From a virus: 64,000 nucleotides of DNA. Below the pieces are notes generated by a model. It made no database searches. It was not told where the DNA came from and saw only the letters and a program-made list of their open reading frames with translations. The stretch lies in IMG/VR virus record IMGVR_UViG_3300046642_000350, positions 3,432-67,431 of that record; one strand, 5' to 3'. Below, piece by piece: positions 49,601 through 62,384 of the stretch. The stretch's first letter is position 1, and the number at the start of each line of letters is the position of its first letter. The position numbers were made by a program, and so were the translations under genes.

Positions 49601-49982
49601 CGTCCTCCTCGGCTATCCTCTGAACCTCGGCTTTCCGCTCTACCACGATAGCCTCATGGACCAAACCAGCAGCCTTTCCGGCGGCAGCAAGGTGTACTTG
49701 GTTGGCTTCGTCAAGAGCCTGCAAATCCCCGCCGCGATTCCTGATCGACAACTCCAGCGCCACAGTTCTCGCCCGCGAGCGAACGAGCTTTCGTAACTCC
49801 CTCGCGTATATAAACCTGCGTACAGTCGGGCTCTCGTATATTTCAATAGCGTACCAAATGACAGCAAGAAGAGCAGCAAACGCCGGTAAAAACCCCAATA
49901 CAGTCCCACTAATGGCCACTAGAGATACGGAATGACCGATCCATTGTACAAAACTATAATGTTCATCCATCTCCGCCATCAT
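49578..49982 (-). CDS. membrane protein (holin-like candidate)
   Basis: G.LP..AALL..IWY.I.IYE..TV hydrophobic motif. Confidence 0.6.
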   Translation of the reverse strand: MMAEMDEHYSFVQWIGHSVSLVAISGTVLGFLPAFAALLAVIWYAIEIYESPTVRRFIYARELRKLVRSRARTVALELSIRNRGGDLQALDEANQVHLAAAGKAAGLVHEAIVVERKAEVQRIAEEDAKSTPSG

Positions 49983-50021
49983 GGTTACGCGCCTAGGTAA
50001 TAGAGTGTGTACACACAACCC

Positions 50022-50432
50022 TTAAGAAATGCAGTCGGCAGCGGTGGGGCATTCCACCAGTTTCTCCATGTACGACGCCAGTTTTCTACGCAGACGTGTA
50101 AGTTCCTCCCCCCACTCCTTGATGTTGCTCCCCAGCACCGACGGCGCACGGTCCGGGTCAATCTTCGAAAGAATGTAGATATAGGAAACCCCACTCTCCA
50201 ATATCCCGACGCAACTGTGCATCCCCGACACTGTCTCTATAACTTCCGCCAGGAACTCCCGTTCCACCTTCCTGTCGTAGCACGCCATCAGCACCAACGC
50301 GCTCAACATCCGTATATCGTCACCGGACAGCGGTGTCTCTTCACGGTTCAACGTCGCAAGGATAAGCAACTCGTTCAGTATCGGAGTGGTTCCGGTTACG
50401 CGCAAGGGGGTAACTGGTGTCACCTGTTCCAT
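50022..50432 (-). CDS. hypothetical protein
   Basis: GGAGG RBS before MEQVTP. Confidence 0.6.
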   Translation of the reverse strand: MEQVTPVTPLRVTGTTPILNELLILATLNREETPLSGDDIRMLSALVLMACYDRKVEREFLAEVIETVSGMHSCVGILESGVSYIYILSKIDPDRAPSVLGSNIKEWGEELTRLRRKLASYMEKLVECPTAADCIS

Positions 50433-50985
50433 AGGGCCCTCCGATAAGTGCGAAGATTTTGTTTTTGACCTCTGGCTCAATATAGTAGCCCTTGCCCCAA
50501 CTGGTACTGATCAGAAACTCAGGGTTAGCAGCCTTCAGTTTCTTGCGCAACTTGCATATCATAACGTCAACCATTTTAGGGTCTGTCAACTCCATCTTGT
50601 TCGGCTGATTGGCCCTGGTGGTGCGCTGCTGCTCAATCACACCGTGCAACCGCTCCTTGTCCGCCCGCTCGCAGCGCAGCAGTACCATCATGAACCCAGC
50701 TTCTAAGTTCGTCAGGTGAAATATTTTGCTGCACTGGAACTCGATATCCTCGGCGTTGGCGGATCGCGGCATGGTGGGGAGCCGGTCGGACCAGCGGCCG
50801 CTGGGCGGCCAGTCGGCCTTCGGCATGGTGCTAATGCTGCCGGTAGCAAGCGCAGCCGTCAGGCTCTCGCAAACCTCGTCAAAATCTCGCTGGACAATAC
50901 GCGCAATGGCGGCAGTGGGGATACCCTCGTTCGCCGCCCGGATAATAGTGGGGATCACAAACACATCGTTAAACAACTCGCTCAT
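50341..50985 (-). CDS. transcription regulator with CtrA-like OmpR/PhoB winged-helix domain, no receiver domain
   Basis: HLT..E..F...L, KMVDVMICKLRKKL, ISTSWGKGY. Confidence 0.8.
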   Translation of the reverse strand: MSELFNDVFVIPTIIRAANEGIPTAAIARIVQRDFDEVCESLTAALATGSISTMPKADWPPSGRWSDRLPTMPRSANAEDIEFQCSKIFHLTNLEAGFMMVLLRCERADKERLHGVIEQQRTTRANQPNKMELTDPKMVDVMICKLRKKLKAANPEFLISTSWGKGYYIEPEVKNKIFALIGGPYGTGDTSYPLARNRNHSDTERVAYPCDVEP

Positions 50986-51065
50986 GGGAAAGCTCCTGTG
51001 AGCTTCCACCAGTATTACCATGTGGTAACTGAAACGTTAACAGTTGTCAACAGATTGTGATAGTA

Positions 51066-51160
51066 CCGGTCGCGGGTATGGGGCCAACCGCCTGCACTAC
51101 CCCATGCGAGTGCGACGGACCGGATGGCTCATTACAGCGCCGGTGCCCACCCGCGACCGG
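51066..51160. ncRNA. candidate structured RNA (three-way junction)
   Basis: 12-bp closing stem CCGGTCGCGGGT/ACCCGCGACCGG enclosing ATGGGG/CCCCAT and ACCGG/CCGGT hairpins; intergenic. Confidence 0.4.
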
Positions 51161-51342
51161 CAGTAACAGATTGAGGTGGCAGTATTAAAAAGATATTAGT
51201 ATACACATCGACGCGGCTAGAAAAATCGACAGATAAAAAATACGGTCATCAACAGTCCACTGGCTAAAAGGCCAAAAAACCTCATACCCGAAACACGGAA
51301 CAAGATACATAAAAACGAGCAACAATATAACTAGAACCCATT

Positions 51343-51645
51343 TCATGCCGGATCACGCCGGGCGGGAGCCTGCATACACACAGTACCCTCGAACTTGCCT
51401 TCCTTGTACGTCTTGTCAACATACTTTTGAAGGTCGGCCAGTTCTTCCTTGTACATGTCCGAGTTCAACCAGGCCTCGCATTCCGCCTTAGTGGCAGCGG
51501 ACGTATCGAACACCACCCGGCCCTTCTCCGTGGGCGTCAGGTAAAACGTTCCCACCGCCCACCACGCCACATGCGGGTCCACTTGCGCTCGGGAAGGAGA
51601 AATAACCGAAAACAACATAGCCAAACCAACCAGATACTTCCGCAT
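51343..51645 (-). CDS. exported hypothetical protein
   Basis: Signal peptide MRKYLVGLAMLFSVISPSRA; two Cys. Confidence 0.7.
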   Translation of the reverse strand: MRKYLVGLAMLFSVISPSRAQVDPHVAWWAVGTFYLTPTEKGRVVFDTSAATKAECEAWLNSDMYKEELADLQKYVDKTYKEGKFEGTVCMQAPARRDPA

Positions 51646-51656
51646 CGTGTTACCCT

Positions 51657-52031
51657 CTAGACGCCCCCAGGAGTTACATAGCAGTAAACCTGCCCCTGGT
51701 TGCCGATGAAAATGATGCCGTGGCCGGTCGGGTTGCCGCGGTCCCACTTCATCTTCTGGTTCGGCACAGTGACCCGCGTACCACTCGGTAAAACGCCTTT
51801 GCCGTCGGTGATGATCGCGATGTAGTGATCGCCTTCCACCTCGAAGGCGTCAGCCTCGAAGGCGTCAGCCTCGCCGCAGCACGACATGTAGGGATTATCG
51901 GGCTGCATCAAATCCTGAAACCACTGATGAACGTTCTGTGGCTCTCCCGCCCATTGCGGACCAGGGCGCGCATACGAGTAATGACAGGTAGTAAGGAAAA
52001 GAGCAAAAGCGAAGACGAGAAAATGTCTCAT
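51657..52031 (-). CDS. exported Cys-containing hypothetical protein
   Basis: Signal peptide; WF..L..P...SCCG.AD, NPTG, YC. Confidence 0.8.
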   Translation of the reverse strand: MRHFLVFAFALFLTTCHYSYARPGPQWAGEPQNVHQWFQDLMQPDNPYMSCCGEADAFEADAFEVEGDHYIAIITDGKGVLPSGTRVTVPNQKMKWDRGNPTGHGIIFIGNQGQVYCYVTPGGV

Positions 52032-52291
52032 TTCTTTTTCCTCTTTCTTGGTGCTAGCTCGACAGTGGAAACGATACATCCCTTCGGTATACACACATCG
52101 CCGCTAAGTCCATTCTGATGGGTAGAGGCAGCAAGCGTAACGGTATTCTTGGACTCTTTGACCGCCCAGCCCACAGAGTTGATCATTATCCCATCGAGTT
52201 TGCGTATCTCGTCTGGTGTGCTCCACCCCGCCTCGCCGGTAGAGCAAGCGTCCCGCCATGTAATCATACAGAGGCGGGACGCCTTCTTCAT
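52028..52291 (-). CDS. conserved phage hypothetical protein
   Basis: I.W.DA...GW...SVGW...E...IP.G.I. Confidence 0.75.
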   Translation of the reverse strand: MKKASRLCMITWRDACSTGEAGWSTPDEIRKLDGIMINSVGWAVKESKNTVTLAASTHQNGLSGDVCIPKGCIVSTVELAPRKRKKK

Positions 52292-52292
52292 G

Positions 52293-52592
52293 TTACGGGC
52301 CAGTCGCGCCAGTTACGGTAATCGGCGGGCCGGCGGGTACAACCCCCTCCACCTTCACGGCTTCTGCCTCAAGAGCGGCCGTAATCGCATCAAGCGCGGC
52401 CTGCACCGCAGGATCGTTGGTCTGTGCCCGCAAGTCATCTAGGGCCTTCTGGGTATCGGCAGCCACGGCAAGCAGCCGTTCGACATCCGCGACGAGTTTC
52501 TCTTCCGACGCGGTAACTTTAGAGAGATCAAGTGCCATTTGTGTCAGCCTCTGGTCTATGGACATAAGGAGCGAGACGTTGCGGTAGCCCAT
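52293..52592 (-). CDS. coiled-coil hypothetical protein (start uncertain)
   Basis: GAGGA RBS before MGYRNV; Ala/Leu heptads; ends in TGATGP. Confidence 0.65.
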   Translation of the reverse strand: MGYRNVSLLMSIDQRLTQMALDLSKVTASEEKLVADVERLLAVAADTQKALDDLRAQTNDPAVQAALDAITAALEAEAVKVEGVVPAGPPITVTGATGP

Positions 52593-52641
52593 ACAGTATC
52601 CTCGCGCTACCCACAACTCGTACCACAGGGACCGCGCCGGG

Positions 52642-56190
<3,549 letters not shown>

Positions 56191-56235
56191 CTAATAATCC
56201 TTCGAATCATGTATATTCGAACGCGGGGGGCGCCT

Positions 56236-57348
56236 TTATGCGTGATCAAAACCGGCAATGATATGCGAGATATCCGCCGTCCCGGCTACCAGAGTGCGGT
56301 GTGTAGTCATTGCATACGGCCCCGCAGGACTAATTGCCGCCCCAGAATCGAATATCGAAACCGTCCCAAAACTGCCCACGACCCTAAAAACTGTCTGCGC
56401 ATCACCGGTCGGAGCCGACAAATCCGTGTCGAACCCAGACTCGCATATGACCGTCCAGGCGTTATCGGAAACAGTAACCGGTACTGTCGTAAGCTCATTA
56501 GCGCCATCGGCCGACAAATTTAACGTCGTCACACCCGGCTGGCCGCTCTGTTTTACGCCGCTGTAATCAGCAGCCACAGAAATAATACGATCGCACGCGC
56601 TAGAGGCAGAAATGACGACGTTGTGGGCCCCCGACGCTGGGTTTAACAGAAAGAAACCATACTCCCACCGTTGACCGGCACCGCCAGGCGCACTTTGTTG
56701 TTTCCCAATAGAAGTCATAGACGCGCCGTTATAGGTGACCCCAGCTATCAAATCAGTCGCCGCATCTCCGGCGACATTAACTACGAGCAAACGGTTACTT
56801 CCGCTTCCGACCGTATAGCTATATGTCATACTGCTGGCAGTTACAACATCGCCGCCGTCAGCGGCGCCCACGAAGGCAATGGTCTGCACGGCGTAAGTAA
56901 ATAGGTCACCGGCACCGGTGGAACTGGTACCGCCTGAGGTCGTTACGGTGGTGTGGACCGCACCCGCAGAACCGGCGGGGGTAGTGGCAGTGATCTGGAT
57001 GTCGCTGTCAACAACGAAAGACGCAGCGTCGGTAGCCCCGAACTTGACTGCGGTGGCGCCAGTGAAATTGGTCCCGGCGATTACAACGCTGTCGCCGCCC
57101 AGGGTTGTACCACCGCTAGGTGTAACCGAGGTCACGGTGGGGGCGGGGGTCGCGCCTGAAATGATTACAGTCTCAAGGCCGGCAACGGCGGGTGAACCGA
57201 CATCATACACGGTTTCAAAGGTGCGGTCGTCCAGGGTGGTCTGGAGATAAGTCGGATAGGTTGTAGAGCCAGACGTGACAATGTTCACGGCCCGGTACTG
57301 GGGCGGCTTGGTTCCGGTGACGACGCGAACGGTCTTGGAGGTGGCCAT
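56236..57348 (-). CDS. IPT/TIG (Ig-like) domain virion protein
   Basis: PTVTSVTP..G...GG..V.I.G.NF......V.FG...S...I...TP...G.V...VTT.GG.S...FTY. Confidence 0.88.
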   Translation of the reverse strand: MATSKTVRVVTGTKPPQYRAVNIVTSGSTTYPTYLQTTLDDRTFETVYDVGSPAVAGLETVIISGATPAPTVTSVTPSGGTTLGGDSVVIAGTNFTGATAVKFGATDAASFVVDSDIQITATTPAGSAGAVHTTVTTSGGTSSTGAGDLFTYAVQTIAFVGAADGGDVVTASSMTYSYTVGSGSNRLLVVNVAGDAATDLIAGVTYNGASMTSIGKQQSAPGGAGQRWEYGFFLLNPASGAHNVVISASSACDRIISVAADYSGVKQSGQPGVTTLNLSADGANELTTVPVTVSDNAWTVICESGFDTDLSAPTGDAQTVFRVVGSFGTVSIFDSGAAISPAGPYAMTTHRTLVAGTADISHIIAGFDHA

Positions 57349-57372
57349 ACGGCACAGGGTGGAGCATAGGAG

Positions 57373-57387
57373 TTAACCATTTGTTAA
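57373..57387. promoter_or_regulatory. perfect CtrA box
   Basis: TTAA-ccatttg-TTAA (TTAA-N7-TTAAC on the - strand), 24 bp upstream of the first gene of the - strand late block. Confidence 0.65.
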
Positions 57388-57516
57388 TTTCACTTTTTAC
57401 CCCAAACATATTTCCGGCACACCCTTCTTCGCGCGCAGGGTGAGGCCCTGTCCAGGCGGGGGGGCGGGTCGCCCTCCTGCCTGCCAGCTGCAGCCACCTC
57501 GGATGGTGACACGCCA

Positions 57517-57541
57517 AAACCCTGCCACGCTGGCAGGGTTT
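57517..57541 (-). terminator. rho-independent terminator for the leftward transcript
   Basis: AAACCCTGCCA/TGGCAGGGTTT stem ending in TTTT on the - strand. Confidence 0.65.
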
Positions 57542-57648
57542 CAGCTTATCACTTATGAGGTATCAATATCCGTAGCGGTAAATCCGCCACCATAAACGGG
57601 CTAGATCAGCACGGCGCAATCGGCGAAGGGTGATTTTCTGTTTACGGG

Positions 57649-57948
57649 TCATCGTGCTGCCTCCTGCTCAATGAACTGCGCCAACGTCATCACGGGCTTG
57701 CTAGAGGCCCTGGCGGGCTTGCCGCCGACGGACACATTAACGCGGCCATAGCGGCAAGACACATCGACGGTATCGGGAACGTCCTTGCGCTTGCGGAATT
57801 CGACCTTGAAGGCGTCAAGGGCTTGACCGGCAAGCTTATACGCTTGTGCTTGTGCATCGTACAACTTCTGCTCTGGGGGCGTAAGCTCGTCCCGATTGAA
57901 TATCAGGAAGGACTTGCCGGTGGTCTTGCTGGTTTCAAGATGTGACAT
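57649..57948 (-). CDS. hypothetical protein (leftward early gene)
   Basis: TGAAAGGA RBS. Confidence 0.75.
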   Translation of the reverse strand: MSHLETSKTTGKSFLIFNRDELTPPEQKLYDAQAQAYKLAGQALDAFKVEFRKRKDVPDTVDVSCRYGRVNVSVGGKPARASSKPVMTLAQFIEQEAAR

Positions 57949-57966
57949 GATCGCATCCTTTCATCC

Positions 57967-58015
57967 CGGCGCCTTGGCATGATCGCCTTGCCGGTCACCT
58001 CCGGCGGGTCGCACG
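57967..58015 (-). promoter_or_regulatory. structured leader motif A, copy 1
   Basis: CGTGCGACCCGCCGGAGGTGACCGGC...GGCGCCG on the - strand. Confidence 0.6.
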
Positions 58016-58362
58016 GCCATGCGCTGGACGCATGACTCAGCTGACGTGCATACAACCCGCGTTGGGTTGTACCCGCGAAAGGGTCGTAGACAGCCTAATG
58101 CAGCGTAATGAGGACCCGAGGCCAGAAGGTATACAAAAAATTAATGTTGAATAGTCGCATGATTTCAAGGTGTTGGCGCGTAATGCGGCAAATGAGGGGT
58201 TTTAAAAACGAGAGAGGGTTATAGCGTACGAAGAGTATAAAGTGGTTGTATACAACCGATAGGTTGTGGATTGCAACCTAAAGGACATTACAACCAACTA
58301 TTACATATACTAAGTAATATAGTACTTATAGTTAAAAACAATAGCAAAAGCGACAATAGCCC

Positions 58363-58391
58363 TTGACCCCTGCCGGGAGCTGCGCTATGCT
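58363..58391 (+). promoter_or_regulatory. sigma70-type early promoter
   Basis: TTGACC-17 nt-TATGCT, preceded by an A-rich tract. Confidence 0.75.
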
Positions 58392-58427
58392 TGCCGTCTA
58401 ACCCGATGAAATGATTGGAGTATTTAC

Positions 58428-58670
58428 ATGGCCGAGCTGTCGGATCTTGCCCTCTCACTCTTGCTCCACCTATCGCTGGAAGGGGGTAGCATCATTCCAG
58501 ATAACCGGCCGAAGCCACACAATAGCGCCCCAATGCCGTCTTGGCGGCCTATCCACAGGCTAGTTGAACTCGGTCTCGTTGAACTGATCCCGCACAGTCA
58601 ACGGGAGTTCCGCCTCACGCCAGCCGGCTGGGTTGAGGTAAACTCCAGGAGCTATGCAAAAACCGCATAG
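58428..58670 (+). CDS. small winged-helix-like protein
   Basis: GGAG RBS; RLVELGLVE....FRLTPAG motif. Confidence 0.65.
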   Translation: MAELSDLALSLLLHLSLEGGSIIPDNRPKPHNSAPMPSWRPIHRLVELGLVELIPHSQREFRLTPAGWVEVNSRSYAKTA

Positions 58671-58690
58671 CTCAACAGGTAAAATCGGGG

Positions 58691-58727
58691 CGTGCGACCC
58701 GCCGAGGGTGCCGGCGAACGAGCGCCG
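58691..58727 (+). promoter_or_regulatory. structured leader motif A, copy 2
   Basis: CGTGCGACCCGCCGAGGGTGCCGGCGAACGAGCGCCG. Confidence 0.6.
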
Positions 58728-58750
58728 CGCCCCATGAAAGGACCACAAAC

Positions 58751-59014
58751 ATGACACGACAAGAGATTGAGAAGGATTACGTAATTGATCACGGCCGTAT
58801 CGCCAGTCCCGGCAAATTCGAGGGCGAGCCCTTATTCGTGCCGTATTTCTGGGACTGCTACCTGAATGGTGGTGCGGACGGTGATGACGGGGAAACCCTC
58901 ATGTTCGAAGTGACGAACGAGGACCGTAAGGAGTTCCCGGAATTGGTCAATATATACCGGGTGTTTTTGTGGGAGGACAGTAACGGATTTGTTAGTTCGT
59001 CCCACAGTGACTGA
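58751..59014 (+). CDS. hypothetical early protein
   Basis: TGAAAGGA RBS; PGKFEGE...YFW, E...GFV. Confidence 0.8.
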   Translation: MTRQEIEKDYVIDHGRIASPGKFEGEPLFVPYFWDCYLNGGADGDDGETLMFEVTNEDRKEFPELVNIYRVFLWEDSNGFVSSSHSD

Positions 59015-59062
59015 TTAATATACTATCCGTCTTAGATGTTGAAACGGTGAAAGGATAACACG

Positions 59063-59251
59063 ATGTCAGCATACACAGTTGAGAAACACCGAGGGTTGTG
59101 GTGGGTAATCGACGCAGAGGGCTATGAGGCCCGCTCCGTGGGGTACGAGACCAAAACAGAGGCCTTGCAGTCCGCCAAGATTGTCGAGCAGGAGGACGCT
59201 GCCTACGACTTCAAGAAACAAGCGTTTATAGACAAAGTGATGAAAGGATAA
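59063..59251 (+). CDS. hypothetical early protein
   Basis: Starts and stops inside the junction repeats. Confidence 0.8.
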   Translation: MSAYTVEKHRGLWWVIDAEGYEARSVGYETKTEALQSAKIVEQEDAAYDFKKQAFIDKVMKG

Positions 59252-59255
59252 CACG

Positions 59256-59459
59256 ATGGCAACATGGCACCAGCAACAGCGTCCGGTGAAGCTCTACCAC
59301 CCGACACAATGGACTGTGGTGATCGATCCGCCTAACGAGATGCGCGCTCTTTACTGCACCAGCACGAAGGAGCTTGCCGAGGTGTATATGCGCAATCTTA
59401 AGGCGAATAACCCCGGTGCAGCGCAGCACGCCTACATCCTCCCCCCCGTGAAAGGATAA
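59256..59459 (+). CDS. hypothetical early protein
   Basis: Starts and stops inside the junction repeats. Confidence 0.8.
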   Translation: MATWHQQQRPVKLYHPTQWTVVIDPPNEMRALYCTSTKELAEVYMRNLKANNPGAAQHAYILPPVKG

Positions 59460-59463
59460 CACG

Positions 59464-59856
59464 ATGGAACTTGATGTAACCCACATGGTAGAAGACGTTG
59501 ACAGCATGGTCGAGCTTTCGGGCTCGGTGATGGAGCATGGCCGAGACGCCAGTCGTATCACCTGGAGCAATGCCAAGGAGTACGGCAAGGACCGGCCGCT
59601 CTTGACTACAGACGAGGCACGCACCGCTGCCCGTGCCCATTTCCGCGAGTATGGAGCGTGGTCCGAGGATGAGATTGCGGCGTGGTCTGAGGAGGAGCTG
59701 CAGGCTATCATGTGCCAAGACGTTGCCGCTGCAATCCGTGAGATGGAGCTTGCCGAGGACTATATGGACTACGTTGCGCTTTGCGAGGAAGGCACGTTGT
59801 CCGGTTGCCTCTATAAAGGCGATGATGGGCGCTGGTACTTTTACCTTGGAATGTGA
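59464..59856 (+). CDS. acidic hypothetical early protein
   Basis: S..E.G..A..ITW.NA, F..YGAW...EI..W. Confidence 0.8.
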   Translation: MELDVTHMVEDVDSMVELSGSVMEHGRDASRITWSNAKEYGKDRPLLTTDEARTAARAHFREYGAWSEDEIAAWSEEELQAIMCQDVAAAIREMELAEDYMDYVALCEEGTLSGCLYKGDDGRWYFYLGM

Positions 59857-59930
59857 AGGATTGCGGCCCATAGCCATCCACGCGGTGGCTATGAACGGCA
59901 ATCCAGCCGACGCTCTTGAAAGGACACACT

Positions 59931-60227
59931 ATGAAGGTAAGAACATTTCAGGCTATCGTCACGAAGTACATTGGCCCGTCGAACGTCAAAGGGTCACGCA
60001 TCAAGGCAAAGGCCAACGCAGGATCGGTCATATTGTCCTGGGACGGCGCCTTGGATACCGACGATAACCACCACGCAGCCGCAAAGAAGCTCGCCAACAA
60101 GTTCGATTGGGTTGGTGAATGGCATTGCGGCGCTCTGCCGGATAATAGCGGTAACTGTTATGTGTGCAGCGATATTGGCGCCGGCCCTGTATTCGTGACT
60201 TATGACAGCAAGGAGGGGCGAAAATGA
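59931..60227 (+). CDS. conserved hypothetical early protein (QAI.TKY.GP.N.KGSRIKA type)
   Basis: Recognisable motif; TGAAAGGA RBS. Confidence 0.85.
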   Translation: MKVRTFQAIVTKYIGPSNVKGSRIKAKANAGSVILSWDGALDTDDNHHAAAKKLANKFDWVGEWHCGALPDNSGNCYVCSDIGAGPVFVTYDSKEGRK

Positions 60228-60316
60228 CAACAGACTACAAGCACCACCTCATTCTGTGGTTTATGACGTGCTACGTCACGTTGCTGTGGCTTGCCTGCCT
60301 GATTTGGGTGTGGTAA
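60224..60316 (+). CDS. 30-aa hydrophobic peptide, copy 1
   Basis: MTTDYKHHLILWFMTCYVTLLWLACLIWVW; AAGGAGG RBS; paralogue at 63201. Confidence 0.75.
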   Translation: MTTDYKHHLILWFMTCYVTLLWLACLIWVW

Positions 60317-60334
60317 ACGAAACCTGAAAGGAAT

Positions 60335-60967
<633 letters not shown>

Positions 60968-61016
60968 CGCATACGCTCCGGGTGCATGAAACACGCTGTA
61001 GAGCGGACCGCGCGAA

Positions 61017-61056
61017 GGCCGGCGCAGGGGCTTCCTCCTTTCACCCTGCGCCGGCC
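61017..61056. other. 13-bp intergenic inverted repeat
   Basis: GGCCGGCGCAGGG/CCCTGCGCCGGCC. Confidence 0.7.
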
Positions 61057-61198
61057 CCACTTAGTTGAAAGGTGACACGTTGTAACGGTGGCAGCACGGA
61101 CGCTCTAGGCCAAACAGAGCGACACCCTTGTCTAGGTTGCCTTTGGCAACGGCAGCCTTCCGTGCTGCTACCCTTACAACGCAGAAAGGACCAAACCC

Positions 61199-61519
61199 AT
61201 GAGTGAGGCACAAGTTACTATCATTCGTGAAATTGTTCCCGACGACGATGCTGATATCAGCTGGCTTGAGCAAGAGGGCTTTGAACAGGATTTGGCGGCG
61301 TACCAAGCAGGTGTTTTCGGTTTTGTTGGGGTGCGGGCGGTGGCTGAAATCAGGATTCCGTATGGCCATGATTGGATCGTGACTACGCTCAAGAGCCCTG
61401 GATTGTGGGGTATCCAAGACAACAGCGGCGACGACTATTACCAAGAGGTCTTCGAGGAAGAAAGGCAGACCCTCTTGGATATGCTTGTCAGCCTACGTAA
61501 TTTTGAATTGGTTGGGTGA
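61199..61519 (+). CDS. acidic hypothetical early protein
   Basis: GAAAGGA RBS; G.RA.A, S.GLWGI..D motif. Confidence 0.8.
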   Translation: MSEAQVTIIREIVPDDDADISWLEQEGFEQDLAAYQAGVFGFVGVRAVAEIRIPYGHDWIVTTLKSPGLWGIQDNSGDDYYQEVFEEERQTLLDMLVSLRNFELVG

Positions 61520-61604
61520 TACAACTTAAAGGTGGTTGCTTCCCTGATTACCACACTGTAAGGTGTGTTATTCACCTAACATTGGAACTCAGGGAGGCAC
61601 GCCA

Positions 61605-61760
61605 ATGCCACGGTTCGAGGACAAGTTAGGGCGACTGATTGTAGAGTGTGAACAAAAAGAAAGCCTCGATCACATGATCGAGGCTCTGGACTTCTACTCG
61701 GAGCAGCTGGAACTACGTCTTGATCTTATTCCGCCCCCTTTAGCTGTTCCAACCCTGTAA
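61605..61760 (+). CDS. small hypothetical protein
   Basis: GGAGG RBS before MPRFEDK. Confidence 0.6.
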   Translation: MPRFEDKLGRLIVECEQKESLDHMIEALDFYSEQLELRLDLIPPPLAVPTL

Positions 61761-62070
61761 CAAGTCTCGGGTGCTCATCGTTGAAGTTAGCCGCCTTGCC
61801 TTTGTCTTGTGGGAAAGCAAAGGTAAGGCGTTCTGCTCTCACTTTGTTGAACCGGCTAACCATGACACCTACGGAATACAGTAGCGTGTCCTGCATAGTG
61901 CGGACATCTCTCTGGTTCCACTCATAATTGGAACTTGACAGGTTTCCGAGCAGTCGGATAGCTGTAAGGGCCTTGTTCATTCGCACTTTGCCGATCCGCT
62001 CGAATCGAGTGCGACGGTTCTCGAAAGCGAATACGTTCTGCGTGCGTTTGGGTCTGATACGCTTAGGCAT
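61726..62070 (-). CDS. basic hypothetical protein (RF.R....R.NKAL..I.L.GNLS...YE type)
   Basis: GGAG RBS; TATAAC -10-like element upstream; only - strand gene within the rightward early block. Confidence 0.75.
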   Translation of the reverse strand: MPKRIRPKRTQNVFAFENRRTRFERIGKVRMNKALTAIRLLGNLSSSNYEWNQRDVRTMQDTLLYSVGVMVSRFNKVRAERLTFAFPQDKGKAANFNDEHPRLVTGLEQLKGAE

Positions 62071-62085
62071 GGGGTTTCTCCGTTG

Positions 62086-62118
62086 CGTGCGACCCGGCGG
62101 CGGTGCCGTCGAGCGCCG
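62086..62118 (+). promoter_or_regulatory. structured leader motif A, copy 3
   Basis: CGTGCGACCCGGCGGCGGTGCCGTCGAGCGCCG. Confidence 0.55.
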
Positions 62119-62198
62119 TGAGCAGTTATACATTAAAACGCTTGTACGTTCCACACCGCAGCGCATAGCAGCTATGCGCAAAACGAAGGAGTGAAAAC

Positions 62199-62384
62199 AT
62201 GACACCGGAACAACTTGCGAAGGCATATGCTGAAACTATCAACGGCCCGGCCGATGGGTGGGGGCAGCATAAGCATCCAACCCAGGGCGAGTCTGGCCAT
62301 ATTATGTTGCGTATCCGCCGGCTAGTAGGCGAGGAAGAATGTGATCGGTTGATTGATGAGGCGATGAAGGAGTTCCGCCGATGA
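62199..62384 (+). CDS. hypothetical protein
   Basis: AAGGAG RBS; ATGA overlap with the next gene. Confidence 0.75.
   Translation: MTPEQLAKAYAETINGPADGWGQHKHPTQGESGHIMLRIRRLVGEEECDRLIDEAMKEFRR

Larger units (their letters stand above)
59048..59466 (+). repeat. three identical 18-nt gene-junction repeats TGAAAGGATAACACGATG
   Basis: At 59048-59065, 59241-59258 and 59449-59466. Confidence 0.95.

Noticed and set aside
51066-51160. Hammerhead ribozyme or tRNA
   Set aside because: CTGTAATGAG on the - strand only loosely resembles CUGAUGA, there is no GAAA core, and no T-loop or cloverleaf is present
59048-59466. CRISPR array or integron attC sites from the 18-nt repeats
   Set aside because: Spacing is about 200 bp, the spacers are ORFs, the repeats are RBS/start sequences without palindromy, and no integrase is seen
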